The translations under genes were made by a program, and so were the position numbers. Shown here piece by piece: positions 61,907 to 64,000 of a DNA stretch of 64,000 bases. Position 1 is the stretch's first letter, and every line of letters begins with the position of its first letter. Source of the stretch: Antedon mediterranea (taxonomy: Eukaryota; Animalia; Echinodermata); assembly GCF_964355755.1 (NCBI RefSeq), contig NC_092673.1, positions 5,828,001 to 5,892,000 of the forward strand, given 5' to 3'. The notes beneath the pieces were generated by a model. It searched no databases and had not been told where the DNA came from. It was given only the letters and a program-made list of their open reading frames with translations.

Positions 61907-63564
61907 CTGACTAACAGAGAACATACTCCACTAAGCCTGCATCTACAGGGGTCATTGTCGCTTGTGCGAAGCGCATTTAATAACATGATAGAAGACACTT
62001 TTATACCACCGTCATGTGAACAAGTTGAGTATAAAAAATTACAAAACTGCTTTAAAGTAAACATGTATATATAAGTTGGATTAATATGTTTAACCCAACT
62101 AAGGAGAGCAGACAAACAGCCCAGCATCAGAAATCAGAAATGTTCAAATGGTTTTCACAACATTGGTATTATGCTGATGATTTACCTGATGACAACATAC
62201 TTGGCTCAAAGATTATTCAGCAAACATCTCAGATTCTATCAATTCAGTGATTGCATCTATTGTTATAAATGAAATAGTATTTCCAGTCATATTATTAAAT
62301 CTGTGAAAAAAACAAACGAAATGGGTTGATTAATGGAGAAAAACAAAACACATTGCAAAGTAAGTATTTACAATCATTTTTTTTTATATTTGAGAATGGT
62401 AATAAGAAATGTTCCCAGAAATTCACTGTCACAATGAGTTGGTACTGTGTGTACCTGTACCCATTCACTGACAAAGGTAATAAACACTGTAGAAACCATA
62501 TGACAATCATACATATCCAGGTACCACACAAGATCTCTGCAAATGAATATTATTATTTGTTTGCATAAAATAGAACAGATACGGTAGTTAAATAAATATT
62601 TTAAAATAATGCTCTTTTATGCTGAAGCACACATTGGTACATTGATAAATTAGTACTGTATAGACAGAAAATAAAAAAAAATATTACAACAATTGAAAGA
62701 AAAAAAAATAGTTAGCTAGTAATATAGCTCAGATAAGAAAATTGGGATATTGTCCTAAATCCTAAAAGAGAACATAGAAATTACAGATTGATTTAAAAAA
62801 AGGAATGAGCATATTACATTTTGTTTCTATATATTACTATGGCTTGTCATACTTTATAAAGAAAGTTTGCGTGACAAGTTCTATTAAAAACCAGAGTTCA
62901 CAACATTCATATCTATTATTATGAAGACAATGCATTGTATTCAAGTTTTATGACACAGAAACCATTGTTAATGATACTTATATTTATTGATGAGTAATAT
63001 TCTATTTTGCGGGGAGTCAACATTTTATGTCTATATTTATATTATTTATTGTACCACTCATAATGCTAAATATTGTGGTTTATTGTTGTTATAGGAAGAA
63101 CTAATCCTATTGCATCTTCTAAACTCTCTACTAAATTTCAGTTTAATCCAACAAAAAGATTAAGTAATAACTGGTAAGTCTATTTTAATATAGAATTTGT
63201 CTTGTTGCTATAGTTTTTCTTGAAATAAAAGTGTTTAAGCTGTAAATAAAACCTATTTGCTTTAAAATGAAATAACAATATAATAGACGAATATATGTTA
63301 AAGGTTGATTAAAATTGAACACATTAAGAGAAATCAACAAATACAATTTGAATTTTGAGCTGGTAGAGATATAGGCCTGCTTATTAATTATCTGTATAAA
63401 TATACTAAATATATTTAGAAGATATTAATATATATAAATTTTTAAATTCTCATAATGCACCAATAATTGATGATTTGTAAAAATGAACAATATCATAATA
63501 GTAGGTAATACTCAATCTAAATGTTATTGTAGCTATGAACAATGTTGTGTGTAAATTTTTAGAA

Positions 63565-64000
63565 ATGACAACTAAAGAAGAATTTGTAGAATTTCTTGCA
63601 TGTCTAAGTGATAAATATAAGGGTGAGAAACGCTTGTGGCTAAGACTTCTGCTGAATGACCACTGCTCTGGAGAGGTTTTAAGTAGAGAAGATGTCCCAG
63701 CACTTGAATGGTTTAATGAACTTGAAAGCAAAGGTTATATTCAGAATAACCCTACTGATGTAGAAATTCTGTTGGACATTACTAAAGTAACTGAAATGAA
63801 GGAAGCGATAGATTTAATCAAAGAGTTTAAACTGAAGCATCCAAACAACAATGAAGAGTACAACTTCACCAAGGGAAAACCAATAACAGAATATCGCAAA
63901 AGACTCTTCATGGCTTTAAGAGAAAATACTACAAAAGTATCAAAAATGCTTGCCCACTACAGCCTAGGTCATCACAAGTTCAACACTATTTGGGATTTTG
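63565..64000 (+). CDS. Gene 3 first coding exon (partial): tandem DED-like pair, close paralog of gene 2 exon 1
   Basis: tttttag acceptor at 63562, ATG at 63565. The frame is open to the window end: MTTKEEFVEFLACLSDKYKGEKRLWLRLLLNDHCSGEVLSREDVPALEWFNEL...ITEYRKRLF...TIWDF. It is absent from the ORF track because no stop is reached. Confidence 0.88.
   Translation, partial: MTTKEEFVEFLACLSDKYKGEKRLWLRLLLNDHCSGEVLSREDVPALEWFNELESKGYIQNNPTDVEILLDITKVTEMKEAIDLIKEFKLKHPNNNEEYNFTKGKPITEYRKRLFMALRENTTKVSKMLAHYSLGHHKFNTIWDF

Noticed and set aside
63095-63173. Upstream coding exon of gene 3 (ag...|gtaagt)
   Set aside because: The splice signals are plausible, but joining its long open frame to 63563 creates TGA. 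It is at most a 5'UTR exon.

Overview
AT-rich, transposon-dense eukaryotic DNA with spliceosomal GT-AG introns. It looks like a marine invertebrate, possibly an echinoderm, but that is inference. The core of the window is a tandem, + strand cluster of three paralogous genes. In each of the two complete copies, an exon encoding a tandem death-effector-domain (DED)-like pair splices in frame onto a single-exon TRIM-NHL module (RING, B-box, B-box, coiled coil, filamin-like, NHL). Gene 1 (14016-22580, 5 coding exons, about 1162 aa) also carries two symmetric phase-1 exons resembling TRADD-N-like domains. Gene 2 (49284-55717) lacks those two exons, gains a hydrophobic TM-like insert, and has a 2-nt frameshift. 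Gene 3 starts at 63565 and runs off the window. Between the genes lie degraded LINEs (CR1/L2, Rex1/Babar, two RTE) and a Harbinger carrying a Myb/SANT remnant. There are also Kolobok-like TTAA MITEs, MULE-, TA-TSD- and hAT-like TIR elements, fold-back palindromes, and Helentron/HINE-type elements. One HINE array appears to be nested inside itself three times. A near-perfect 2638-bp-period duplication opens the window. All domain calls come from motif reading by eye, with no database search.
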